From positions 1 to 25,936 of the IMG/VR virus record IMGVR_UViG_3300020409_001675: a stretch of DNA of 25,936 bases. One strand, written 5' to 3'. The position numbers were made by a program, and so were the translations under genes. The notes under the pieces were generated by a model. That model ran no database searches. It had not been told where the DNA came from and was given only the letters and a program-made list of their open reading frames with translations. The stretch is from a virus (Duplodnaviria; Caudoviricetes). The first letter of the stretch is position 1, and each line of letters opens with the position of its first letter. Of the stretch, positions 21,501 through 25,936 are shown one piece after another.

Positions 21501-23121
21501 TCCAAGAATTTGCAAATATTTGTTTATAGTTAGATTTATCATTTTGTATCTTTTCTCCAACATTTTTTACAAATACACTTTCACCCTCATTAATTAAATT
21601 AATGTCAGTAACTGGTTTTAATTCAGATAATACACCAGTTATTCTTAAATCTATTCTCTTTGATAAATCACCATTTTCATATCCAAAAATAGTTTCGTCA
21701 GTTCTTATATCTTCAGCAGCGTCAATACCTACTCCTATACCAGTACAACCAAAGAATTGATTTATACTTTTTGATGTGTAATCGATTTGAGAATTACCAC
21801 TACTAATGAGAGTTCCTGTTTGTCCAAATCCAATAGTAGAGTCAACTGAAATTATAGATGAACCTATAGATACCTCTTCAAGTGATTTTGTTTTACCAGG
21901 TATCGTAAAAACACCTTGAATCAAATCACGGTCACTAAATCCTACAAATAGTGATATTTTGTAATATGTTTTTCCACCCCTAGTTAAAACTTCTACCTCA
22001 GATACAGATGCATTTGTTGCTGTATCTGTTGATTTAAAAACTGTTTGTCCAACTAAATTAGACGGTTCACCAGTTGTTGATATTAATTCAGCTACGATAA
22101 CCTCTCTTCTTATAAATTCTGCAGACGATGGTTTAATTAAATTACCTTCTAAATCTATAATAGTTGTTTCTACACCATATAATACTTTAAATAAAATCTT
22201 AATCGATTCCGCTATACCTTTAGACTGGTAAAATGAGCGAGAGAATTTTACAAAATTACCAATATCTAAATCTGATGTAAAATCATCATTTTCTAAACCA
22301 GGTAAAAATGTTGCTTTTAATTTTTTAAAAAACTCTTGTAAAAATAGAACAGATAAATTAGTAACACTCGTATCTGCAGAATGAGGAGCAGCAGTAGTAT
22401 CTTCAAAAACTAAACTTTCACGATTTATTTCTAAGAGAGAAGATGATATACCAACATTAAATCCAGAGATACCACTAAATCCACGTATACAACCATTAAA
22501 GAAAAATCTTTCACGAGTAAAAGTAAATACACCTTTTACAGGGTTCTGATTTGATACTCCTCCAGGTGATGTTGCAGTTATTACTCTATCAACAACTATA
22601 AAATTATTTGCAACTTCTAAAACTCTTGTTCCTTCTGATATAGTGATAGTATTATTACTATCATCAACTGATGATAAACTAACGATATCATTTACTTTTA
22701 TATTAGTGGTAGATATATCACGGATAATTCTACCAGATGCAACCATAATACTACCACTAGGTGTTGCAACGTTTGTTAAAGTTTTTTCTTTTCCAGTATA
22801 ACTTATTATTTCATTATCAATCTTAAATAATCCATATTCTGCAGGATAACCCTTTGTGCTTGATACTTCAATAGTAGTGTCAGTTGATGTTATTGCAGAG
22901 GGTAAATTTGCATCTCTATCTTGAGATTCTAAAACTAAATTATCAGGTTTGATATATTGATCAAAATTACTAATTATGTCATTTACTCCACCCTGATATT
23001 CTTGTGAAATATAGTATTGTTTTAAAAATTCAGTAGCTTTTGGAAAATCGGATACCACAAATTCTGGTAACTGGTTTTCGATGATGGTATTGACCTGTAT
23101 TCTTCTGTCAATTTGTGACAT
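9586..23121 (-). CDS. gp7: Giant baseplate wedge protein gp7 (cyanophage type), 4511 aa, multi-module
   Basis: Lies between gp6 and gp8. N-terminal IIENQLPEFV..FLKQYY and FYQSKG..SIKILFKVLYG, internal DNDYYQNLSYSIKS..W..VNRLVHPSGLKNF, many beta-rich repeats. Single uninterrupted ORF. Confidence 0.85.
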   Translation of the reverse strand: MSQIDRRIQVNTIIENQLPEFVVSDFPKATEFLKQYYISQEYQGGVNDIISNFDQYIKPDNLVLESQDRDANLPSAITSTDTTIEVSSTKGYPAEYGLFKIDNEIISYTGKEKTLTNVATPSGSIMVASGRIIRDISTTNIKVNDIVSLSSVDDSNNTITISEGTRVLEVANNFIVVDRVITATSPGGVSNQNPVKGVFTFTRERFFFNGCIRGFSGISGFNVGISSSLLEINRESLVFEDTTAAPHSADTSVTNLSVLFLQEFFKKLKATFLPGLENDDFTSDLDIGNFVKFSRSFYQSKGIAESIKILFKVLYGVETTIIDLEGNLIKPSSAEFIRREVIVAELISTTGEPSNLVGQTVFKSTDTATNASVSEVEVLTRGGKTYYKISLFVGFSDRDLIQGVFTIPGKTKSLEEVSIGSSIISVDSTIGFGQTGTLISSGNSQIDYTSKSINQFFGCTGIGVGIDAAEDIRTDETIFGYENGDLSKRIDLRITGVLSELKPVTDINLINEGESVFVKNVGEKIQNDKSNYKQIFANSWIYNTSSRFQVGISSATFTFNTPIDRASLKIGDRFQILKRNEQTIVGGGSVESIDVALNQITAGNIAGFTPQAFQEYDIRRIVEKSTSSGVTLVEGNENIISDILNVYVEGNEFGYAASNSLPSYDIKTNIIEETLVGSSQVGLTGFDPLTRNYTTIQFTPPPGEDIKFIQGDAVIYKPDSEALPGLDTGRTYFVDPVIPGPNQNKSRIKLYQSLSQIGSASTIQVGVGTLTTAKHRFLLKQHENENLRPNQILRKFPLNQNLFIASKQETPVNDIGMLINGVQIRSAISDDNIFFGPLESIDLLNGGVDYDIINPPRIGIETSSGVAARAEPIIQGSVKSVFVDPQEFDIEAVTSISLTGANGNGCILQPVVGERDRFVSFDSRDIFFNGGVDIENETITFTSEHNFENGQLVYYNSNGNSPIGIGSAYDITNTIEDTLSDGDPYFVRVVNPKTVRIFNTAKDALFGSTGINTVGLSTDTLASGIHRFRTETKRTLIAVKVLNEGSGYTHRKLRVKPAGISTTFNSINFKNHGFSSGETIEYLGGSTNIVGLSTTVSYLVNKIDDDSFQLADAGIGATSTSNYDRGLYVNFESSGDGFHEFKYPDIKVDINVSYGSTVTGDIVVTPVVTGEIIGAYLYEEGTNYGSQTLNKKVEPKVEIISGRNAEFRPIIVDGKIVDVVVVNRGRDYFSVPELVVTSSGAGSGAVVRPVVDDGRVIDAVVTNTGVGYDSLTTEVRAFNRGSRGGFATRVRGLTINNANRFGDTFLSKNVDSLKIGVLGYSQEIASNFENSFVVRQNGEFDRIVAHSPIIGWAYDGNPIYGPFGYSIADDINSPLKIIETSYETNINTVKDRPVGYEPGFFVEDHIFTDKGDLDVHNGRFCKTPEFPNGVYAYFTSVGIGTLSNKLEGVYPYFIGNTYRSPYILENQLLDHNYDFNNTSLRRNTFPYNVDEPDANNDFIVESYEDVRQISKVESVTKGGVDGIEILSGGEGYKVGDFTVFDDKDTNGSGFTAEVSEIVGIGISSIDTQITSFENASLKWESTTEVIASFLPFIEVNDQDNLRLSGLSTEIFNLAGTYKVGVSTNRVTLASPMTIGDAGGLIQDIFLTDIPKIVSAGSSVRIGSGNTIVTETVEVLEVFPINRGLRIRRNVGVAHTAGSNVDFLNTEVSIPVRTKKFESFDNEKIYFNGPQSVGIGTTTGSAIQVNRFVGTVNELVSIPTRTIHIPDHPFETGQEITINKRSGALRFDVSRVPTVTEFKLPLVGQNSTNVFVIKKDRNNIGLVTTRVGIGSTSEGLFFYTKGSNTGINSSSYYFESLKPQVTGNLDKIVSTVSTKVSLANTTTHGLKNRDIVSINVVPNLTVGIGTTTPVTVKYNSNFNKLIINPISLTSSNVKENKIEFASHGFETGDKVFYDGSATGISTGTYFVYKVDSNNFKFVKTIIDLNSDPVRTVSITAATGGNQTVGLINPRISVVKNSKLAFTLKDTSLEGFDFGLYYDQNLTNRYLSSQDSINFNVGVAGTIGIGTNNTDPIGAALTVQYSNSTPSRLYYGLSKGGFISTSDTEVSNYSEIRFVDSEYNGEYQISNVTDDTFDFSPQIPEFLRYTPAECEKLEYSTKSKSVHGEIKNFKVLSTGFNYKRLPKFVSVNSERGNNANITPFSSSVGRIKKVRIVDIGYDYSSDKTLSPQAFISPVLTLDNLDEINSVRVISGGNKYLAPPQLLVYNPISNTVVDSSSLEALVPNQTVADVKVISPITGLDSVVHRIIPVNNTNGVGINSVQTSLSGIVTCFIETPINGYDTPPFSKGDQVYIEGIQRVGETGVGATQGGISTNTTVVGTGYNSVDYQYRTFNVEDYITGTQCILEFSLAGVTTNPGIAKTYQSGYAQLINQKDLPVIQPIQQRGSFDLNEKLVVNNTVTDLKVTEIREEFIKVDGKFRIFQNDRITGELSNTSAEIVTIVNNEGIFETNYSSKQEYGWIDNIGKLNEDVQVLPDNDYYQNLSYSIKSPVDWDKFVNPVNRLVHPSGLKNFADTSILSTTKVGVGETIDSNQLVVLDVANILELNDKQRVDAINNFDKARDFDTIDDNTKSKFITFKNRNLTDFTRCLTNRVLVHDDISSNFSSDGFESVSTVVEPLTDQIANYLIQVVDPDTSHVQLSELVIILTEGNVFLFEKTSDFSNQRLGVYETQILNSGTRNLLFTPDEAFTKDHDIKIIKSSFNTDLVGINTTGIGNVSLTGVNAGIASLSTTTFLEFPKTEFNSLSATIFVQDTNSKEINYNEVIVDFDGTDTTIAESYIDTKSGVSNSVVGIITAKLENDLIKIQCVNDRVNPLDLRANVVGLGSTSAGIGTYRYVVPGQPQGAERSARYESGFSTSIGSAITYSTLNNLTDSSAKSLVRVSCGETSAVHQIITMRDNEDVLTVQYPFVSAGSTTGIGTFGGEISGNNVNLRFYPDAEFDSLIKVQSFNQILYTASDFDNAPPALTYGTVSQDIFLTTFDGASGLRANKKDFDLTYEGVPIYSKTFNPSNTAGLAKTSGIFTIPSHFFNTNEELDYKPDSTFIGVAGTAVSIGATTNMAGIVTTLLPSTVFAKVIDENKFQLFTRPEYVSTGVAVTFTGIGGGNAHKLSMKNPLSRTIIGLDGVVQQPINFTTISHTFGVFDGFTYNNNIGIGLSQFVLSGISSIQPTDFLKINEEYMLVTEVGFSSTPTGVINDSVDVSLGISTLPVVKVRRGQLGIAATSHTANDNVRIHRGSFNIVESKIFFSDPPKGNSRSRRDETNLPFVRADFSGRTFLRQNYTTNMLFDDISDAFTGIGKTYTLSVGGANTASGIEIGNGVVFINGVFQTPLTLNNSTDNCYEISSDTTAGISTIQFTGITSTNGQFIVSEFDINQNQVPRGGLIVSLGSTPGRGYAPLVGAKVKAFKDATGGITSVVGIATSSGFNLGIQTAVYDNASGIITVTTDKVHGFALERPNTVKLKGLEFVCPKTVVGQPTNATYDGVTGISTITIANHGLVNGDAVILETGSICFTCTKDSNNSTHCYPRATDPAANQYLTVSNVTADTFQVNVGASNPGDVYAHTFVSATATAVKTIGGGGYVGVTTTIFQDHDRPLFVVGIVSDRSFEVQAGASTIPHTYQGGGHAFEFFEDLTFGSGYRGGTVACGVTDQAYIHRFVSSGIGSIRKGNFAATGANAFTATDAVYTSHTGELVLTIPGHGLSTSDTVGIDTGGLVFKCSKDNFFSDHPYPRAVSKTSFPNSDPIAGIQTAIISRTPNTITLNVGQGGGSGTGAVVTATVGVGGTLSFNIVSAGTSYINPEIIIPEPNYDNLPVVGVSRIGQGPTTDTGKNLLLDVKVSSAKTTVGLGSTAFEISEFSIARPGHSFKVGDKFKPVGLVTAAHLSQPLQEFELEVVEVFNDQFASWQFGELDFIDNIKNLQDGIKTRFPLYFNGQLLSFEKDVTSPTSQLIDLNAVLLIFVNGVLQKPGISYSFEGGTTFEFEEPPMGESSPGANDQDRVDIFFYKGTQDVDVDTSDIQPQVKIGDEIRLLKDNTGITTSQQIERTVNEILGAKLVETEIYTGLGIDQINEKPVRWTKQKTDVILGGRKISKAREILEPQVYPTSKIIGDFTIASGIGTVGVVGIFVDDAEVFNYENGDIGKPRRMHSESVKNYANYDLTYGSVDALVTSGEINVGASATATVSAAGTISSINITNAGRGYNSATVKLSVPTVGIGTFTKTDGTIGIGSLATATSQVVNGSITRIDVVNSGVGYTHTAPPQVIIELPAFKTEKITEITNVEGFTGIITGITTTTGINHPLAIKFFFRASQQASGLKVNYPVFISDTSVGNGVTSVDGPDTSVVGIGTTFLDNVYKVHAVTTDGAENGEIICNVHSGTDRTGLFQDGGTFNPTQTGISTEFGKISWGRLYGVTRDPDPISIGVTGLTVDSGLSTFPTIQRKHYTATSLRGLRSSGAIRVFGI
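11660..12690 (-). repeat. Three copies of a roughly 100-aa beta module in gp7 (A.Y...G...T...HG....V......F.C ... H.F/Y)
   Basis: TAVYDNASGIITVTTDKVHGF..LEFVC; NATYDGVTGISTITIANHGL..ICFTC..HCYPRA; DAVYTSHTGELVLTIPGHGL..LVFKC..HPYPRA. The 12-mer tgcacgaggata is shared at 11770-11781 and 12379-12390. Boundaries are approximate. Confidence 0.8.
18757..19086 (-). other. YHYH-domain-like segment within gp7
   Basis: HSPIIGWAYDGNPIYGPFGY ... GDLDVHNGRFCKTPEFPNGVYAYF ... YPYFIG matches the C-terminal half of YHYH-family proteins as I recall them. Confidence 0.7.
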
Positions 23122-23124
23122 AAA

Positions 23125-25071
23125 TTATTTCCTCTCTAAATCTCCGTTAGAGTAACTTGATGTATAGTAATCTCTCTGGAACACAACTCCTGAAAGATCT
23201 TCCCCTGATGCGATTACGTCCTTAATCATATTTATCTTACTCTTTGAAACATCAAAATTCAGATACAAATCTTTTAATCCTATAACATCATTGGACTCTG
23301 GAAATGCTTGCACCTCGATGATATTATTTAAAGCACTAGTAGAAGTTATGTTTATTGTATTCAATATAACCTCACCTTTTTTATAGTCTACAACACCTGC
23401 CTCTTTCACTAAAACAATTTGTTGACCTTTTTCGTTTCTTGTAACAACACTTAATGCACCCATCATACTTCCATCTAAATTACCTGCTGCGTCTTTATTA
23501 GGAACATCAGTTAAAAATGCAGTCTGACTAAATCCATTAATGGTAAATCCAGAACTCTTAATATTTAATCCTGCTGGATTAATATAGAAACGATTACCAA
23601 AACACAATTCATATTGTGCAAATTGATTTAAGAGTGCTTTTAAGTCTCTTCTTATTTTAACTTTTGTAATATTAGATGTTATTGCATTATCAACACGGTC
23701 AATAAGAATGTTCATCTTACTATATTTAAATCTACCACCAAATTTATTAATCTCTACATTATTTGCATAATCATTAAGTGCTTTAATAATACTTGTCCTT
23801 AAAGTTGCCTGAGAACCATATTGAGCAGGGTTGTAGTAAACTGTTGAGTCTATCTCCACATATAGTATTTTTAAATCAACAATCTCTGCATTTATACCAG
23901 CGACAGAGTAACTCTTCAACTTATTTTTTATTTGAGTCTTATCAAAATCAGATACAAATGAACCATTTTTTGGTTTAATGCTAACTTGAACTTGTCCAAA
24001 TTTTGGAGGGTTTAATTCTTCTCCACCAACAACCGCAACTGATTCAGTTTGAGGATAAATTTTTTGTATAATTGTTTCATAATCTCTTGGTGTAACTGCT
24101 CTATATTGTGCTGAGTAAAGTCTTGGAGCAAAATACTTAATAGTAGATACATCCTCAACTTCGGCACCATTGACAGCGTTTGTGACTGTAGTTACAGTTA
24201 TATTTTCACTAGGTGTATATAATGTTTTATCGCTTTGTGTAAATGAACCTTGAAAACTAAACTCAGAAGGACCGTTCCCATCTTCACCGTCGGTAACAAT
24301 ATATCTTGCAGTTACTACGGATGCATTTTCTAATTTTTTACCAAACAATCCGTCACCAAATAATATTTCGTATTTTTCATCTTGAACTTCCTGTGCAAGA
24401 TAAATTTCAGAATTTCTTGATATATTTAAAATATTATCTACCTGTGCAAATTGTCTTCCAAATCCAACATCACCTGTTCCTTTTACATATACACGTAGAG
24501 TTGAACTGTCGATATTAGGACTATCAATTATGAATCTTTGATCCTTTGATGTGTCTACACGATAAACTCTTTGAAGTAGAGTTCCTTGATAAACACTTAT
24601 TGGATCATCAAATTGAGCAAAAGATACTCCATTTACACTAACTACTCTTGAAGAACTAATTTCATCTGGTATTGAAAAACGATAAGTTGTGTTTGCAACA
24701 CTTCCTACACAAACAAGACCTGAACGTAGAGTCAAAAATGTAGGTGTACTCGGTGTGGTGTTTCCTAAATTAATATCACCAATCTTTATAGTTGCAACTG
24801 CAGCAGTCTTTGAACGTGGTACATAACCGATATTTCTTGCAAGTGATACAACATTCTCTCTTATAGTTGCAGAGTCTAAGAAAGATTCATTTGCGACTAA
24901 GTTTGCGTTAAATGAATTAATATATGTATTATAAGCGAGTGTGTCAATTAAAACAGAGAAATTAGAACCTTCAAAATCAAAATCGGAAAAATTTGAGTTT
25001 GAACGTAAAAAATCTTTAATTTGTGCTTTGATTTGATCAAAGTCTAAACTTGTATACTGAGTAAAGGGCAT
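23125..25071 (-). CDS. gp6: Baseplate wedge subunit gp6 (648 aa)
   Basis: LDFDQIKAQIKDFL..FSDFDFEGSNFSVLIDTLAYNT, ESFLDSATIRENVVSLARNIGYVPRS, FGDG.FGKKL, AQYRAVT..DY, GVVDYKKG. Size is close to T4 gp6. Confidence 0.95.
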   Translation of the reverse strand: MPFTQYTSLDFDQIKAQIKDFLRSNSNFSDFDFEGSNFSVLIDTLAYNTYINSFNANLVANESFLDSATIRENVVSLARNIGYVPRSKTAAVATIKIGDINLGNTTPSTPTFLTLRSGLVCVGSVANTTYRFSIPDEISSSRVVSVNGVSFAQFDDPISVYQGTLLQRVYRVDTSKDQRFIIDSPNIDSSTLRVYVKGTGDVGFGRQFAQVDNILNISRNSEIYLAQEVQDEKYEILFGDGLFGKKLENASVVTARYIVTDGEDGNGPSEFSFQGSFTQSDKTLYTPSENITVTTVTNAVNGAEVEDVSTIKYFAPRLYSAQYRAVTPRDYETIIQKIYPQTESVAVVGGEELNPPKFGQVQVSIKPKNGSFVSDFDKTQIKNKLKSYSVAGINAEIVDLKILYVEIDSTVYYNPAQYGSQATLRTSIIKALNDYANNVEINKFGGRFKYSKMNILIDRVDNAITSNITKVKIRRDLKALLNQFAQYELCFGNRFYINPAGLNIKSSGFTINGFSQTAFLTDVPNKDAAGNLDGSMMGALSVVTRNEKGQQIVLVKEAGVVDYKKGEVILNTINITSTSALNNIIEVQAFPESNDVIGLKDLYLNFDVSKSKINMIKDVIASGEDLSGVVFQRDYYTSSYSNGDLERK

Positions 25072-25072
25072 A

Positions 25073-25474
25073 TTATCTCGTTGGTTCTAATATAAAGGCA
25101 AAAGACTGTGTTGGAGCTTCTAATCCTTTTATGTCAAAAAGCACTTTTACTGATATTGAGTTAGAATCAGGAACTGCATCAACCTCAACACCAATATCAC
25201 CCACTCTTGGTTCATAATTTCTTACGGTATTACGCACCATATCCTCAATAATCATCACAGATGATGATGAGAAGTTCTCAAATAATAATTCACGAACAGG
25301 AGTACCTAAATTTGAGTCAAAAAACCTCTCAGAAGGTATAGTTTCAACCAAATTCCTCACTGCTCTTGCGATTGCTCGCTCATTTGCAAGCACAGGAAGG
25401 TCTTTCGTCACTGGATGTGGTGTAAAAGACAAACTTATATCCTTAAATGCTCTTGATTTGCGTTGAATCGCCAT
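25073..25474 (-). CDS. gp25: Baseplate wedge subunit gp25 (sheath-initiator fold), 133 aa
   Basis: FKDISLSF..HPVTKDL, AI..AVRNLV.T...ER.F...LG, NYEPRV, C-terminal LEPTR. Size is close to T4 gp25; 1-nt gap to gp6. Confidence 0.95.
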   Translation of the reverse strand: MAIQRKSRAFKDISLSFTPHPVTKDLPVLANERAIARAVRNLVETIPSERFFDSNLGTPVRELLFENFSSSSVMIIEDMVRNTVRNYEPRVGDIGVEVDAVPDSNSISVKVLFDIKGLEAPTQSFAFILEPTR

Positions 25475-25492
25475 TATTAATGCTTTTAGATT

Positions 25493-25500
25493 TATTTATA
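25493..25500 (-). promoter_or_regulatory. T4-type late promoter TATAAATA upstream of gp25
   Basis: Perfect motif 2 nt after the speD stop and 18 nt before the gp25 ATG. Confidence 0.88.
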
Positions 25501-25502
25501 CC

Positions 25503-25853
25503 CTATCTTGCATAATCTTTCATCACATAATCATCAGTATCGAAGTATTCAAGCATCCACCAAGCAACTGAACGTGGATTTTTCGCTCCACAAGTGAAAA
25601 TATCGAACGCAACGCAGTTTTTTTCTGGCCAAGTGTGGCAAGATAGGTGACTTTCACCCAAAGTTACTGTACAAGTCACTCCATAGGGGTCAAATTGATG
25701 CGTATAAGTGTTTAAAACCTCTAAACCTTCAGTTTTACAAGCACTCACGCATATTTTCTCAATTTTATCTCTATCATTTAGTTTTTCAAAGGGTACATTA
25801 TACACTTCAACGAGTAAATGTGTACCCATATGTGCATTTTTTACGTTTTTCAT
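25503..25853 (-). CDS. speD: S-adenosylmethionine decarboxylase proenzyme family (class 1b, pyruvoyl-dependent); substrate not established
   Basis: G.HLLVE, HQFDPYGVT, autocleavage motif LGE-SH, HTWPE and DIFTCG. Start overlaps the upstream stop (ATGA). Confidence 0.92.
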   Translation of the reverse strand: MKNVKNAHMGTHLLVEVYNVPFEKLNDRDKIEKICVSACKTEGLEVLNTYTHQFDPYGVTCTVTLGESHLSCHTWPEKNCVAFDIFTCGAKNPRSVAWWMLEYFDTDDYVMKDYAR

Positions 25854-25936
25854 CCCAATTCTGGTTCAAATGGCTTTCTATCGTCAGTTTCTTTTCTTTC
25901 TTTTGCTGTTTTCCAGAAATAATTCTCTTCTGAACC
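25850..25936 (-). CDS. 3' end of a hypothetical protein (...GSEENYFWKTAKERKETDDRKPFEPELG*)
   Basis: Open frame from the right edge to TGA at 25852-25850, overlapping the speD ATG (ATGA). Confidence 0.7.
   Translation of the reverse strand, partial: GSEENYFWKTAKERKETDDRKPFEPELG

Larger units (their letters stand above)
1..25936 (-). mobile_element. Segment of a T4-like (cyano)myophage genome: baseplate / late structural gene region
   Basis: Order gp25-gp6-gp7-gp8-VrlC-like, T4 late promoter motifs, a speD-like gene next to gp25, dense single-strand coding and low GC. No integrase or att site is seen, so it is probably a free phage genome. Confidence 0.93.

Noticed and set aside
9586-23121. 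Intein, intron or homing endonuclease explaining the size of gp7
   Set aside because: The ORF is continuous, and I saw no Hint splice motifs or LAGLIDADG, HNH or GIY-YIG signatures. Repeats account for the size.
10292-24518. Plus-strand ORFs opposite gp7 and gp6
   Set aside because: Fully antisense to conserved genes, often with non-ATG starts, and with no recognisable motifs.
25073-25474. Type VI secretion or eCIS locus (TssE-like), or lysozyme activity for gp25
   Set aside because: T4-type gp6 and gp8, late promoters and phage gene order indicate a myophage baseplate. The lysozyme label often attached to gp25 is not supported by any motif here.
1-25936. CRISPR array, tRNA or rRNA genes, DGR template/variable repeats, invertible cassette
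   Set aside because: No intergenic gap is long enough for them, no long near-identical DNA repeats were noticed by eye, and there is no reverse transcriptase or recombinase. A computational self-alignment would be needed to exclude subtle repeats.

Overview
AT-rich (roughly one-third G+C by eye) segment of a T4-like myovirus genome, most likely a marine cyanophage of the Prochlorococcus/Synechococcus-infecting type. All credible genes are on the minus strand. Reading right to left: the 3' end of a hypothetical gene, a pyruvoyl-dependent SpeD-family decarboxylase, the baseplate module gp25, gp6, a giant 4511-aa gp7 and gp8, a 2530-aa VrlC-like structural protein, a 29-aa ORF missing from the ORF track, a 67-aa coiled-coil protein, and the start of another late gene. 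Three perfect T4 late promoters (TATAAATA) lie in intergenic gaps. The gene set is a known cyanophage module, and I cannot support a claim of a wholly new system. The most interesting signals are internal: a doubly coupled hidden micro-ORF, two Arg-rich segments in the VrlC-like protein (one flanking a hydrophobic Gly-rich loop), and nested, permuted and split domain insertions in gp7. All family calls come from motif recognition and gene order, not from database searches.
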